In this document: positions 38,583 to 52,100 of the stretch, piece by piece
Numbering within the stretch: position 1 is the first letter of the stretch
How the letters are laid out: each line of letters starts with the position of its first letter
DNA from: Octopus sinensis
Lineage: Eukaryota
Length of the DNA: 64,000 bases
Assembly: GCF_006345805.1 (NCBI RefSeq)
Contig: NC_042998.1
Span: 14,632,001 to 14,696,000, forward strand
Direction of reading: 5' to 3'
Program-made: the position numbers and the translations under genes
The notes under the pieces: model-generated
What the model was told of the DNA's origin: nothing
The model's database searches: none
What the model saw: only the letters and a program-made list of their open reading frames with translations

Positions 38583-38628
38583 AAAACTGTCCGAGGAACG
38601 GGAATGGGAAACTCTGAGTAACAGTTTT
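38583..38628 (+). ncRNA. Type I hammerhead ribozyme-like motif (U4C core variant)
   Basis: aaaactgt-CCGAGGA-acg(ggaa)tgg-GAAA-ctctgaGTA-acagtttt: perfect 8-bp stem I, near-palindromic ACTC(T)GAGT stem III, GUA triplet, weak stem II. Confidence 0.62.
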
Positions 38629-38771
38629 TGTAATATTTCTGCTGCTTTTAAATAAAGCATACTACTCTACCTCTGGTATTTGAGTACGCTTTTTTCCACC
38701 TTGTTTTACATTTATGTGCTTACTCAGGTATATATATATTCATATATATATATATATAGATATATATATAT

Positions 38772-38815
<44 letters not shown>

Positions 38816-39585
38816 TGAATATATGTAGGCTTGAGCCTGTTTGTGTAGTAGTTAACAAGTGGACTCCACAATCAAATGGTTTCAGACAGGCCCCTACCGA
38901 ACAATATTGTGTGAGTGAATATTACAATTGCAAATGCAGCTTGCATATGTCAAAAGCAAGTCTTAACCTATCCAGGAGATAAGCCTTACTCACAAAAGCC
39001 AAGCCATAAATGGGTTATCTCACAAAAGCGCATAAAACGTCTCTCACAATTTAACGACTTGCGAATCGTTAAATAATATCATTATATTATACTACTTTTA
39101 TTATTTTTGCTGTTAATAAAAGACTTCAAGATATTCCTAGAATGGTTAGCATTCTTAGCGGGAAGATCATCGTTCATAATGTATTACAGACAAGTTTGGC
39201 GTATTTTTCCATGAGTATCTTTAACAGTGTTTCATATACAATAAAGAATCTCAGCTATGGCAACAATTTAGACAGTATCGACTGACTCAAAATATGATAG
39301 TCGCACAAGAACTGAAGGACATTGGAAATTAGTTTGTTCTGTTTGGAGAATTAATCCTTCCAACGTAGCAGAGATAATTTTGAATTACCATCCTCTTTAC
39401 GTACAGAAATTTTTGGTAGTTCTACTTTTATTCAAGCATCTGAAAAAGAGAAGTGATAGCATGCAATGCTTTCTGCTAAGAGCACCGGTTGCCTTTGGTT
39501 TTTAAATGAAAATTCAGAACTACCACCAAGAAATATCTAAACGTATTTTAATACTGATGAAAGAATTAGTGATAATTCGCAAATA

Positions 39586-41054
39586 TCAGGTCATCCCAGA
39601 AGTTCTGTCCGAATTTTGAATAAAGAAAACAAGTGATCAAATTTCGTTTTTGGATTTGGTTTGCAAGATTCTTTATATGAGTTCGTGTCTTGAAGCATAT
39701 TCTGTTGTGTCTAAGGAGAGTCATTTTCCTTTTGTGCCTTATAATGTAACACACTCACCGGTTAAATTTCCACTTATTTCTTATTTTTATTTTCCTAAAG
39801 TTTTCGTTGCGACTTGCAACCTTTTCAATAGTCTAAATGTTATATTTAATTGAAATTTAATCATCAATGTACTTTCCCTGATTATCTATGACTTCCTTCC
39901 TCTATTTACAAGCTTTTTAATCTCATCAATGTAAAACTCTTTTGGTTTCAAAGTGAAGAACTCTGGAATATCAGTTTCGACCTCCTCCTGGCTTGTGAAA
40001 GTTATGCCCCCCCCCCCAAATGATTCTGTAAACTATGAAACAAATGGTAGTTTGAAGGAGCAAGGTCGGGAGAATAAGGTGTATGAGAAATTTTTTCCCA
40101 ACCAAGCTCTTCGATCTTCTGTGATGTGATCTTTGCAGTGTGAGGTCGCGCATTGTCCAGATGAAACATCACTCCTTTTCGATTCACTAAAGCGGGTCTT
40201 CTTTCTTCAAAGCTTGGTTCAAACGCTCTAATTGCTGACAGTAGACTTGAGCATTGATTTTTACATTAGGTGGTAACAATTCAAAGTGAATTACTCCTTT
40301 GCAATCCTACCAGATAGAGAGAAGAACCTTTTTTCCAGGAAGTTCCCTTCTCGGTTGTGGTTGAGCATTTTCCCTTTTACCAAGCCACTGTTTACGACGT
40401 TTAACATTTCGATACAAGATCCATTTTTCGCTACCAGTCACCAGTCAATAAAAAAAGGATTAATAGAGTTAACGAGATTGGAGAGAAGAGCGGATGTCAA
40501 CTTGAGATTTGCGGTTGCATTCGGACAATTCATGAGGCACCCATTTTCCAAGTTTAGTAACCTTTCCAATTTGTTGAAGATGACGATGAATAGTTGTAAG
40601 GTTTGAACAAAGCTTCAACTGATAATGCAGGATTTTCTTCAAATAATGCTTCAAGGAGCTTATCATCAAACTCAACTGGACGTCCTGTTTCATCTTCAAG
40701 GCTGAAATCGCCACTTCTGAATTTTGCAAACCATCTTCTGCAAGTTCTTTCATTCAAGCGTTCTTTCCCATAAACTGAGTGTATGTGTCGAATTATTTTG
40801 GCTACAGAATTTCCTTGTTTGTACTCATAAAGCATTATGTGCCTTAAATGCTCTTTGGATACTTCTATGTTAGAAAAAGGGTTTTAATCAAAGAAATTTT
40901 AATTCTATTATTCTGTAAAATAATTTTTAATTAGTTTAAATCTACACAAATGCATAAAAATAATTTTTTATTCCATTAGACATTCTAAAATACTATTAAA
41001 TTTCATTCAATTTTAAAAAAAGTAAAATCGGACAGAACTTATGGGATGACCTGA
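39586..41054 (-). mobile_element. Full-length decayed mariner DNA transposon
   Basis: TIRs tcaggtcatcccagaagttctgtccga / tcggacagaacttatgggatgacctga. TA TSD both sides. Transposase motifs RRWFAKFRSGD, WVPHEL, HLDNARPH, YSPDLAPS in frameshifted ORFs. Confidence 0.95.
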
Positions 41055-41959
41055 TAATAAAGCTAGACAATAAAGTTCCCAACTCAATTACTGAATAGAA
41101 TACCACAGCATAGATCAGGTACAGACAACCTGTATCGAGAAGCAGAATGTATGAGAAATGGCTCATTAAGCAGCCGCACAACCAAAATATTTCTCGGTAC
41201 ATTTTCGTTTGGCGTCCCATTCAAAAAGTCCCGTGAGCTGCAGTTTGACCATGACTGACATAGACTATATTTAAAAGTAGCATTTGTTTTAATGCTGTTA
41301 TTGTATAACATATCAACGCAGCAAAGATTTATTAACGGAATCAGACTAGAAATTGTCAACTTACACCGTAATCGAACCGAAAGAGGTATTTTGCAATGCA
41401 CACCAACTTTTATACCTTGATATTAACTAAAATCAAATAATTCAAGTTTACTTGTTATTTCACAAAGAAATCCTTTTCCTGTTAGAGTAATTGATCCGGT
41501 GACAATAAAACAAGATGTCTAACAATAAGCTATGGATTTACATACTCCTGTCTGTATTTAGTCATTGACAGTTATGGGTTGCATTCTCTTCGGCTGCAAG
41601 ACTAACTGATATTGTTGTTAGGGTAGTTAATCAGAGGGCGAGGAAAATTAGAAAGAAAAACTATTACTACAAAACATTATACATAAAAAAGTATAACTTT
41701 AAGAGCTTAAGTTTATGACGCGATAATAATAAATTGATTTCTAAGGATACAATCAATACTATAGTAACTATACGTTACAACGGTGTAATAATTGTAATGT
41801 TATTAATGATTTGAAGCTGAGGCAAAGTGAAATAATTTTATTTGTCGTTTCATTTATCCACCGACAAATGATATATTACTCCAATGAAATTATGTGTTAT
41901 TGTACAAATATATACCCGAGTAATATTTTGGTTGACAACAACTGTGGTATCTCCACAAG

Positions 41960-42296
41960 TTCGGCAAGATGTTTGGCAGCATTTCGTCCGTCTTCGCGTT
42001 CTGAGTTCAAATTCGACCGACGTCGACTTCGCCTTTCATCCTTTCAGGGTCGATAAAATAAGGATCAGTCGAGTACTGGGGTAGATATAATCAACTAGCC
42101 CTCCCCATCTAAATTTCAGGCCTTGGGCTTACAGTAGAAAAAATTATCATTATTATCATTATTTAGGCGGCGAGGTGTCAGAAGCGACAGCATGCCCAAC
42201 AAAATGTATGTCTTTCTGACCTATGTTCTGATCTCAAATTTCTCCGAGGTCGACTACTTAAAATTTCAGGCCTTATGCCTATAGTAGAAAGGATCA
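41960..42296 (+). mobile_element. Two adjacent SINE B copies with tail type 2 (second internally deleted)
   Basis: Cores ctgagttcaaatt..gcctttcatcctttc. Both end aaatttcaggcctt..agtagaaa followed by (TAT)n. Confidence 0.78.
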
Positions 42297-42309
42297 TTAT
42301 TATTATTAT

Positions 42310-43800
42310 GATACCAAGTGAGCAATATAGTATAAGCTGGTGGCAACGTCATAGTGAGGCTGCTAGAAATAAAGAACAGAACAAACAGGAGGGTAATAGG
42401 GTAGAACCATTGTGAAAAAGAAGAATAAGTGCCCAAATAAGGAATGTGATAAAAGCCCTGAGCAAAATTAAACGGATGTAAAAAGGAACAGATGAAAAAT
42501 AATGATGGTGTGTGAAAGAGCTGAAAGTGAAATAAAAAAAAAGAAAATTTACTCTGTTGTAATAGAGTAACCGAAAGAAAGACTAACAGCAAAAGCGAAG
42601 AAGTTAAAAAGAGGTACGATGGTCGTCGTAACAAATTCTGTCAAAATAGACTGTTTTTAAGTAACCAAGAGAGACTTTTCGGGCAGCTTGACATAAGAGA
42701 AAGTACCGAAATAATTATTCCGGATTCCAGTGAGGGCAAGAATTTTGGAGAGAAATATGGGGTGTCAGTAAAGAGCACAACGTGGAAGCGGAATGGCTCA
42801 GAATGGTAGAAAACATCTTGAAGAGAAGAATCAACTGGAGATTATAGTAATAACCCCGAATAAACACCAAAACCAACTATGCAGATTACCAAACTGGGAC
42901 GTGCCAGGACCCGATGGGGTTCAAGGTCTCTCGCTCAAGAGTATCAAGTCAGTCAGTCCAGCGCTCGCTGCATTTTTAAACGAGGCGATTGAGAGCAATA
43001 GCAAAATGCATTGGTTGCCTGCAGGGAGGATGACATTAATTGTAAAAGATCAGGCAAAAAGAAATGAGGAATCAAATTTCAGACCCATTACCTGCCTTTT
43101 GCTGATGTGGAAGTTATTAACTGGAATGCTATCGGGGGATTTGTATGAACACCTTGAAAAGATCGATTTACTACCGGAGGAGTAGAAGGGGTGCAGAAGA
43201 AAATGCAGAGGCACAAATGACTGGTTGCTAATTGATAAAATGGTTATCAAAAATTCCAGGAGAATCTGGCTACGCGGGGGGTTAGATTATACGAAGATTT
43301 TTGTAAGATGTACAACTCTCCGTCTTCCGAAAAGTGGTGGAGGAGAATGTGCTGGGGAATGAAATTACAGCGATCCTGTGAGATTGTAAATTGCAGACAG
43401 ATAAAAACATGGAAAGCTCTCGGCCTGACATCGTTTTCACAAAACATTTCGTGAATGTATAATGTTGGATACAGCAAGCCTCGTTTGGTATCAGAGTGAA
43501 AGTACAGGAAAAGCTTGATAAGTACAATGATTCGAGATACGAGAGTGGGTGGCTAAGGGAATGTAAGAGTGAGAAAGTAGTGGCACTTGTTACCACTGCG
43601 TTAGGCGTCTTAAGCAGAAGTTTTGAAAAATTCTTGAGGAACACCTTAGTTGCAACGTAAACTTATCTGTTATGCAGAGAAATTTATTGGGGACAGCAGG
43701 AATCTTAAGAAAGGTTCTGGATACATATGGTCGCGAGTTGTGACTTACTGCCCAAGCAGAATGACTCGAAATACAACCTGAGACGGAAATATAAAGTTAA
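42310..43800 (+). mobile_element. Decayed, internally deleted R4/Dong-like LINE (N-terminal RT plus endonuclease end)
   Basis: ORF 42793..43185 has PNWDVPGPDGVQG and NFRPITCLLLMWKLLTG. Downstream RPDIV and EKLDKYND, then LLGTAGILRKVL. Confidence 0.8.
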
Positions 43801-43846
43801 TATCAAGAACAACAGTAGCAGCGGCAGCAAAAACAACAACAACAAC

Positions 43847-43913
<67 letters not shown>

Positions 43914-43915
43914 TA

Positions 43916-43965
<50 letters not shown>

Positions 43966-43987
43966 AATAATAATAATAATAATAATA

Positions 43988-44019
<32 letters not shown>

Positions 44020-44055
44020 AATAATAATAACAATAATAATAATAATAATAATAAT

Positions 44056-44400
44056 CCTGGTGACAACAGGATCAAAGAGAAAAAGAAGGAAAAACTGAAC
44101 AACTACGACGGTTTGAAGTGGGAAATACGAAGGTTGTAGTCAATGAAGAGAGAAGACGTGATGTAAACAGCAATTGGTGCACTTGGAAGTACCAGCACTC
44201 AACTACCAACATGAATCAAAAAGATCGGGGCAAGTGTGAAGGTAGAACACCTACAAAAATCATTATTGCTTGGAACTGCAAGAATTCTTCGCAAGGTTCT
44301 TGAAGCATGACCAGTAAACAAGTCTCACTTAAGTCTGCTAGCAATGGACAGCTGACACTTCCATCATAAGCTGCAAAATAAGCTGAGAGTTTTCACCAAG
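44056..44400 (+). mobile_element. 3' end fragment of R4/Dong-like LINE, family 2
   Basis: Homologous to 48847-49185. Encodes IGALGS and LLGTARILRKVLEA*. Follows (AAT)n. Confidence 0.78.
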
Positions 44401-44431
44401 TAGTAATAATATTAATAATAACTACATCAAT

Positions 44432-45200
44432 AATTCCTTTTATTGGCCACAGGAACACTAGATATTTATGACAATAAAGGACAATACACAACGGTAGAGT
44501 CTGATTCGAGCGTGAGAAAAGAGATCAACAAAAATAAAATTTCAACAAGAAAAATTCCCCCATGAAACGAAAAAACTACCTAAGGTAATTTACTGAAAAG
44601 TCTGGATTAATCTGCTACATCTAAGATATAAGAAGAGTCCTCAACTGGTTTCTTTTTACTAAGATAATCATAACTAAGATGGGCCCATACAAAATCCCTC
44701 TTTATTCCACTGTCAATCATAATTCTCTAAACACACTAAAAAACAGCACTTTTCTCTTCAAATATTACTTGGGGTAGTTGAAGAAAGCTTGATCAGAAAG
44801 GAAACGTTTCGAATCAAAACTTTTAGATAAGTCAACTGCAGAATTTCTTTTGTAATAGGCACCAAACAAAAAAAAACGACTAAGCACACCGATTTTCATG
44901 GTTGTTAGATTCGTCCTACATGTGACAGCAGTTGTTCGATGCAAGACCACAATGCAGGGAAACTAGACTATAGCGTACCGAACGTTTACGTTGCGTTGCG
45001 TTCATATCAGACAAGTTCTGCCGTTAGCATTACCATACCTGTATGCTTGTCTCGAACAAATAATTCGCCCACCACTGTAGGACTACTATGGCAAAGACTT
45101 TTGGAAGTTGGCCACAACTTCCAGCTTAAAAGTGCTCTAGATGAAGTTCCTGAATCTGTTCTCATCGATGTCTAAAATTGTTCCCAGGTCGTCTTTGGCT
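44432..45200 (-). mobile_element. Old 5'-truncated Tx1-clade fragment
   Basis: 3' end ..gtggccaataaaaggaatt resembles the 2134 end. Residual FQKSL, VRDK and FLSDQAFFNY..LKRKV match the ORF2 C-terminus. Confidence 0.7.
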
Positions 45201-46199
45201 GATATTCTCAGAAAAAATTTTTAAAAAACAATAGAAAGCATTGCACTATTCTAAACACACATTTGTATACAGTTCGTTCACTCTTCAGTAAATGAAACTG
45301 TCCCTTGGCTCTTAATAAATCGTTGAACAACAAATATAATGTTAAGCCCTTGTGTTGTATATCAAGGACAATATGAAGATATGACACCTAGCTTTATGCA
45401 TGTTATCGATTCGGACAAGAAATATCAAATGCAAGGAGAAAGGTGTAGGTTTCTTTAAAAATGAAACAACCAAAAACCGAATCAGTACCTTAGAAACGGT
45501 TTCCCGGTTGTTCCTTACAGTCTGTGATGTCCCCCACCTTATGAGAATTAATAGGAATTTGATATCGATTTATAACAGGATATAGTCAAATCCCTACTAA
45601 AATTGCCTTGCGATTGACCAGAAGAAATCAATAATGATAGAAAGCGGGAAGGATATCTGGGCTATAATTTGAAAAGAAATATAAATCTTGCGTTGTGTTG
45701 CATGCGAAAGAGGAAATAGAGACAGAAGTACAGAAGAATAGAGAGAAAATGCTTTATGTGTATGTATGTGCATGCGTGTCCGTGTTTGTAATTCGGTTTG
45801 AGTTAGTGTCTGTGTATGTAACAGTATCTCCGTATGTCTGAGTGTACGTTGTGCGGAGGTGTGTTTGTGTGTTTGTGGAGTGACGATATATCGCATTTCA
45901 AAGTTGAGGCGTTGATGGCAAATAAATCAGAAAACGGAAGGAAATTAACAGGAAAAAAAATAGATTAGTTATTAAGCGATTAAGAATTATTTACAGAAGA
46001 TTGACCGGCTCTAAATACGTAGGAGTTAGCAAGCAGTTCGCTTTGGTTGATGGAATTTCTGATGGGAGAAATGCATTTCATTCCCCCTTTTAGTTGAGAT
46101 GAAATAGCGGGCGATTAAGACGCCGTACGTCAGCCGTGTTTCAAGTAAAACCTAAAACGTCCATCTTGCCATTTATTATTCGAACGCACATGCGCCATT

Positions 46200-47897
46200 A
46201 CATACATGTATATACATACATACATACATACATACATACATACATACATACGTACATACATACATACATACATACATACATACATACATACATACATACA
46301 CACACACATACATACATACATACATACATACATACATACGTACGTACATACATGCATACATACATACGTACGTACCTACATACATACATACATACATACG
46401 TACATACATACATACATACATACATACATACGTACATACATACATACATACATACATACATACGTACATACATACATACATACATACATACGTACGTACC
46501 TACATACATACATACATACATACGTACATACATACATACGTACATACATACATACATACGTACATACATACATACATACATACATACATACGTACATACA
46601 TACATACATACATACATACATACGTACATACATACATACATACATACATACGTACATACATACATACATACATACATACATACGTACGTACCTACATACA
46701 TACATAGATACGTACGTACCTACATACATACATACATACATACATACGTACGTACCTACATACATACCATACATACATACATACATAGTACATAATACAT
46801 ACGTACATACATACATACATACATACATATATACATACATAACATACGTACATACATACATATGTGTACATACATACATACATACATACGTACATACATA
46901 CATACATAATATATACATACATACTACCATACATATAACATACGTAACATACATACATACGTACATCATACTACATAATATACATACGTACGTAACTACA
47001 TACATACATACATACATACATACATACATACATACATACATACATACATAAGTACGTACGTACGTACATCATACATACATACATACATACATACACACAA
47101 CACATACATACATACATACATACATACATACATACGTACGTACATACATGCATACATACATTCGTACGTACCTCTACATACATACATACATACGTACATA
47201 CATACACATACATACATACATACGTACAACATACATACATACATACATACATACGTACATACATCATACAACATACATACGTACTATACATACATACATA
47301 CATACATACGTACATACATACATACGTACATACATACATACATACGTACATACATACATACATACATACATACATACGTACATACATACATACATACATA
47401 CATACAATACGTACTACATACATACATACAACAGTACTTACATACATACATACATACATACATAACATACGTACGTACCTACATACATACATAGATACGT
47501 ACGTACCTACCTACATACATACATACTACATACGTACGTACCTACATACATACATACATACATACATACATACGTACATACATACATACGTACATACATA
47601 CATACACATACATCACGATATACATACATACTACGTACATACATACATACTTACATACATACATACATACATTACGTACATACATACATAAACATAATAA
47701 TATACATACATACAACATACATCGTACATACATACATACATACGTACATATACTACATACATAACATACATACGTACGTACCTACTACATACATACATAC
47801 ATACATACATACATACATACATACATACCTACATACGTACGTACGTACGTACTACATACATACATACATACATACGTACATACATACATACATACAT
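46200..47897. repeat. 1.7-kb (TACA)n tetranucleotide array with TACG/TACC variants
   Basis: Direct inspection. Confidence 0.97.
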
Positions 47898-47899
47898 AA

Positions 47900-48016
47900 A
47901 TCAACTTTGCCTTTCATCCTTTCGGGATTGGTAAAAAAAAATGTGCGTTAAACCATGTCACAATCGACTAACTCTCCTCCTGTTAAATATGCTGGCCCAG
48001 TGACAAAATTTGAAAC

Positions 48017-48017
<1 letters not shown>
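47900..48017 (+). mobile_element. SINE B 3' part (tail type 3) followed by (TAG/CAG)n
   Basis: actttgcctttcatcctttcggg..gctggcccagtgacaaaatttgaa. Confidence 0.7.
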
Positions 48018-48052
<35 letters not shown>

Positions 48053-48101
48053 CAGTAGCAGCAGCAGCAGTAGCAGTAGTAGTAGTAGTAGTAGTAGTAG
48101 T

Positions 48102-48138
<37 letters not shown>

Positions 48139-48139
48139 A

Positions 48140-48219
<80 letters not shown>

Positions 48220-48530
48220 GTAGTAGTAGTATAATTCGGTTCTTTTATATTCTGAGCTCAAATAGGGACCTTTTGCACGGAATGCACTACTCGACCTGAA
48301 GAAAATTCTAACTGGGCCCCACCTGCAAGTTCATGCGTTGTTTATCTTGATATGAGATCACTATGACGCGCACATATGGTTGTGATTGCATGTGCCTGGT
48401 GTACCCTTATCAGACGGGTATACTGGGTATACTGGGCTTCATATATTTTACACCAGTGTCACTTTAATGGCATGCGCTGCTCTCTCACTCAGTAATGATG
48501 ATGATAATAAGGATGATGACGATGATGATG

Positions 48531-48584
<54 letters not shown>

Positions 48585-48600
48585 TAATAATAATAATAAT

Positions 48601-49190
48601 TCACGAGGTGAATACAAAAGACGACATGACAACGTGGCAAGAATGATCCATTGGGAGCTCTGAGGAAATTATGGCCTTGAAAGATCAAAGACGTGGTAGG
48701 ACCAAATCCTAGAGGGGGTTACTGCGAATGACGATTGCAATGGTATACAATGGTTCAATGTGACCATGAAATTAGACATCGGAAACCTGACATTGTTGTG
48801 GCGAACAAAAAAGAAAATGCATGCCTTATAATCAACATAACGCGTTCCGGTGACAACAGGATCGAAGAGAAAGAAGGAGAAGTGAATAACTATGATGAAT
48901 TGAATTGGGAAATACGCAGGTCATGCGCAACGAAAGGGGTGGATATGGTATCAGTAGTAATTGGCACACGTGGAAGTATCAGTGCTCAACTACCAGCTTG
49001 GCTCAAAAAAGATTGGAACAGATGTAAAGATAGAACACCTAGAAAAATCGTCGTTGCTTAGAAATGCAAGTTCTCCGCTGGGTTTTTTAAGTATTACCAG
49101 TAAACAAATGTCACTTTAGTCTGCTAGCTGTGGGCAGCAGACACTTTCCATCATACCCAGCAAAATAAACTGAGAGTTTTTCATTAAAAA
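48601..49190 (+). mobile_element. 3' fragment of R4/Dong-like LINE, family 2
   Basis: YKRRHDNVARMIHWEL, then ORF 48735..49061 QCDHEIRHRKPDIVV..NYDELNWEI..VVIGTRG (RHD motif and PD-D-K-type endonuclease). Confidence 0.82.
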
Positions 49191-49218
49191 AATGTTTTAA
49201 ATAAAATGAAATAATAAT

Positions 49219-49710
49219 ACACAGAAAACGAGAAAGCAACCATACTCTGGGATATGCCAATACACACAGATAGAGAAATTAAGGTCAATAGGTCAACTAT
49301 AGTTGTCAGAGATCATGAAGAAAAAAATGTTTTCTGATTGATGTATCAATACCAGCAGATGACAACGTTTCTCAAAAAGAAATGGGGAAACTATCGAAAT
49401 ACAAAGACCTGGAAACAGAAGTAACACGAATGTGGAATCTAAAAACAGAAACAATTCCTATCATAGCAGGCGCATTAGGTATGATAAAACATATTCAAAC
49501 AAATACATAACAAAAACACCAGGACTTACAAACACATATAACATACAGAAAATTGCACTACTGGGCGCTACACACATCCTACGTGAAACACACTCGATAC
49601 AGTAAACATAAGAACATCACAGCAAACCACAGCACATATCCAAGGCACACAGAGCTGCGCTTGGTAGTGAAGGGAAAGCACACTATAAAAATAAAACTAC
49701 TGAATAATAA
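49219..49710 (+). mobile_element. 3' fragment of R4/Dong-like LINE, family 1
   Basis: Homologous end to end with 20062-20552. Ends in taataat. Confidence 0.85.
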
Positions 49711-50054
49711 TATTATTATACAAGTAAAAGGTAATGTTCCAATAAGTATCCTAAATGTTTGGTAAGTATTCGACTAGATTGCTTCCAAACTTCCGATGTA
49801 CAGACCGATTTACTAATTAAAATCTATTAAACGTAGTGTAATGATGTGTATGAGAATGTTTGATTTGTTAATAATTGAGTAAATGAAGTAGAAATGGATT
49901 TAGATTAATAAACAGATAAATAAGAAAATATAATCGTACAGAAAAGGGTGAGAGGAAGAGATAATTCTAAATGCACAACGTTTGGTAGAGAGAGCCCTTG
50001 GTCAGAAGAAGCACTAAAGAAATACATTGAAGTAAATACATATAAATATAGTCA

Positions 50055-50250
50055 AGACTATTGAAAAGGTTGCAAGGCGCAACGAAAATTTTAGGAAAAT
50101 AAAAAATAAGAAATCAGTGGAAATTTTACCGGTGAGTGTGCTAAATTATAATGCACAAAAAGAAAATAACTCTCCCCAGACACAACAGTATATGCTTCAA
50201 CACACGAACTCACATAAAGAATCATTGCAAACCAAATCCAAAAACGAAAT
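50055..50250. repeat. ~200-bp interspersed module, inverted copy of 39637-39834
   Basis: agactattgaaaaggttgcaag..gcaaaccaaatccaaaaacgaaat is the reverse complement of sequence inside the mariner. Confidence 0.8.
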
Positions 50251-50899
50251 ATAAATATAAATAAAATTATATAAAGATGTAATAAATAGGGGAAGCTCTT
50301 GGTTAGTCTATATATTTCAACAATATTAATCGTTCGGATTCATGAGACAATTTTTACTATAAATCCGAGAATGGCTGTCGAAAACAGCACAGTTGGAAAT
50401 GGTTTGAGACTTGATATATATATAGTGTGATATACATGATGGTTATTATCATTGCAAATAACGCGTATGTTCTATCAAGAGTGTGTAGTAGTGGTGTTTG
50501 GACCACACTGACTAGCTGACAGCATTCAAAATAATATTATATGGAAGTCGTGTCAACAGACAGAAACTAAGCTGCAACGGTAATACTATTTGAGTGGGTT
50601 ACACAGTTTATACTCTAGTAAGTAAGAATGTGTTGTGAAAGGTTTCAGGTGTTACCTGAAGTGATTAAGTAAAGACGCGGGTTGCCTGTAAGAATGTACA
50701 AATTTAGGAAATTTTTGTGGTACAAATTTAGCAAACGCTTACAGTTAATTTCATTCTTTTGAAGTTAAGGGTAAGAACAAGACAAAAACAAGGATAAAGA
50801 ATTAAATGATCGGGTGAATGAAAAGAAACCAGGACAAGACGATATGAGAGATGTCTGTCCCTGTTAATGGTAACGTTAACCATTTTCTTTCAGGTAATA

Positions 50900-52100
50900 G
50901 TGTAATGTTACTCTTAATTTATGATTACGTTTTATAATTAGTTCGTTACATTTATTTAGTGAATTTTCTTTTTTGGCTAATAAAATTTCTCGGACCTCTA
51001 GCAAAAAGGAGTCTGCAGGCTTGTCCATCATAATGATAAGATTCCACTGAACCGATAAAGAATTATTTAATACGATACTTTATATTCCTAGATTTCAGGG
51101 TAGAAATAGCTAATCTGGCAGAAAATTTCAGGGTAGAAATAGCTAATCTGGCAGAAAATCTTAGTTTTTCATTAATAAAAGGATTTTCGTGTGGAAATCC
51201 TTCACTTAAAATGTTAGTTGTTAAACTGATATAGAAACGCTTAATATTATTAGTTTTAACTATACAAGTGTACACTACATTCATTTCAATATTGTTTCCA
51301 TCTTATGGACAATCCCCACTGAATCTACAATTACCGACATATGCTCTTCTCCCCCGCGTAATTAGATTGCTTGATGCATTGCTACGCAATAAAAATTTTT
51401 GGAATTCGAATTATTAGTTAGTTTACTAAGAAGTTTGGTTCCTAATGTCAACATAACCAGCATCCTAAATTTCTTTAGATTCACTAACAGTGTATTTGTC
51501 TAAGTATTCTGGCTTGGATGTTTGGATTTGGCCTGCAATGTATGAGAACCCATGTTATTTAGTTCCTTGTCTTCTATATTTTCTTTTAATTTGAATTCTA
51601 TTTAAAACATCTATAATAGACACTTGGTTAGGGGTGGCTGAATAGACGAGTTTCATTGTTTTTCTATTGATTATTAAATAGTAGAACTGATGAAGATATT
51701 TCTTTCCATTATTCGAAACCATTTCATGGAAGAGATTATTAAGTTATTGGCGAAGAGTGAATTATACCAGAAAACCTCATGCTTCCCACGTTTTTCCATT
51801 ACTATTAGTTGTTTGCTTACTAGAGGGGAATTCTATTTTACAGGAATTAATGCTATCTATTCGTGGTATACATAGCATTAATGACACTCTCCTGTTAATC
51901 AGGTATATTTGTTGTACTCATATAGCCATGATTAGCAAATGAATTAATAAGGATTTCATGGATGACCTCATTTCTTCACAATGTATTTTTACGTTTTTCC
52001 GTCTACTACGTTTTAAAGCCCGAATTGTATAGGAACACAATCGGTTCTTATCATTCCAAACACTATTCGGAGATATATTCCTTAATTCATTCTTCAAATT
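50900..52100 (-). mobile_element. Decayed Penelope-like element (GIY-YIG endonuclease region)
   Basis: NCRFSGDCP*DG followed by ORF 51063..51284 NVVYTCIV..FYISLT..H..F.NEK..LA..LK..NIKY.IK. Includes an in-frame 33-bp tandem duplication at 51092-51157. Boundaries approximate. Confidence 0.7.
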
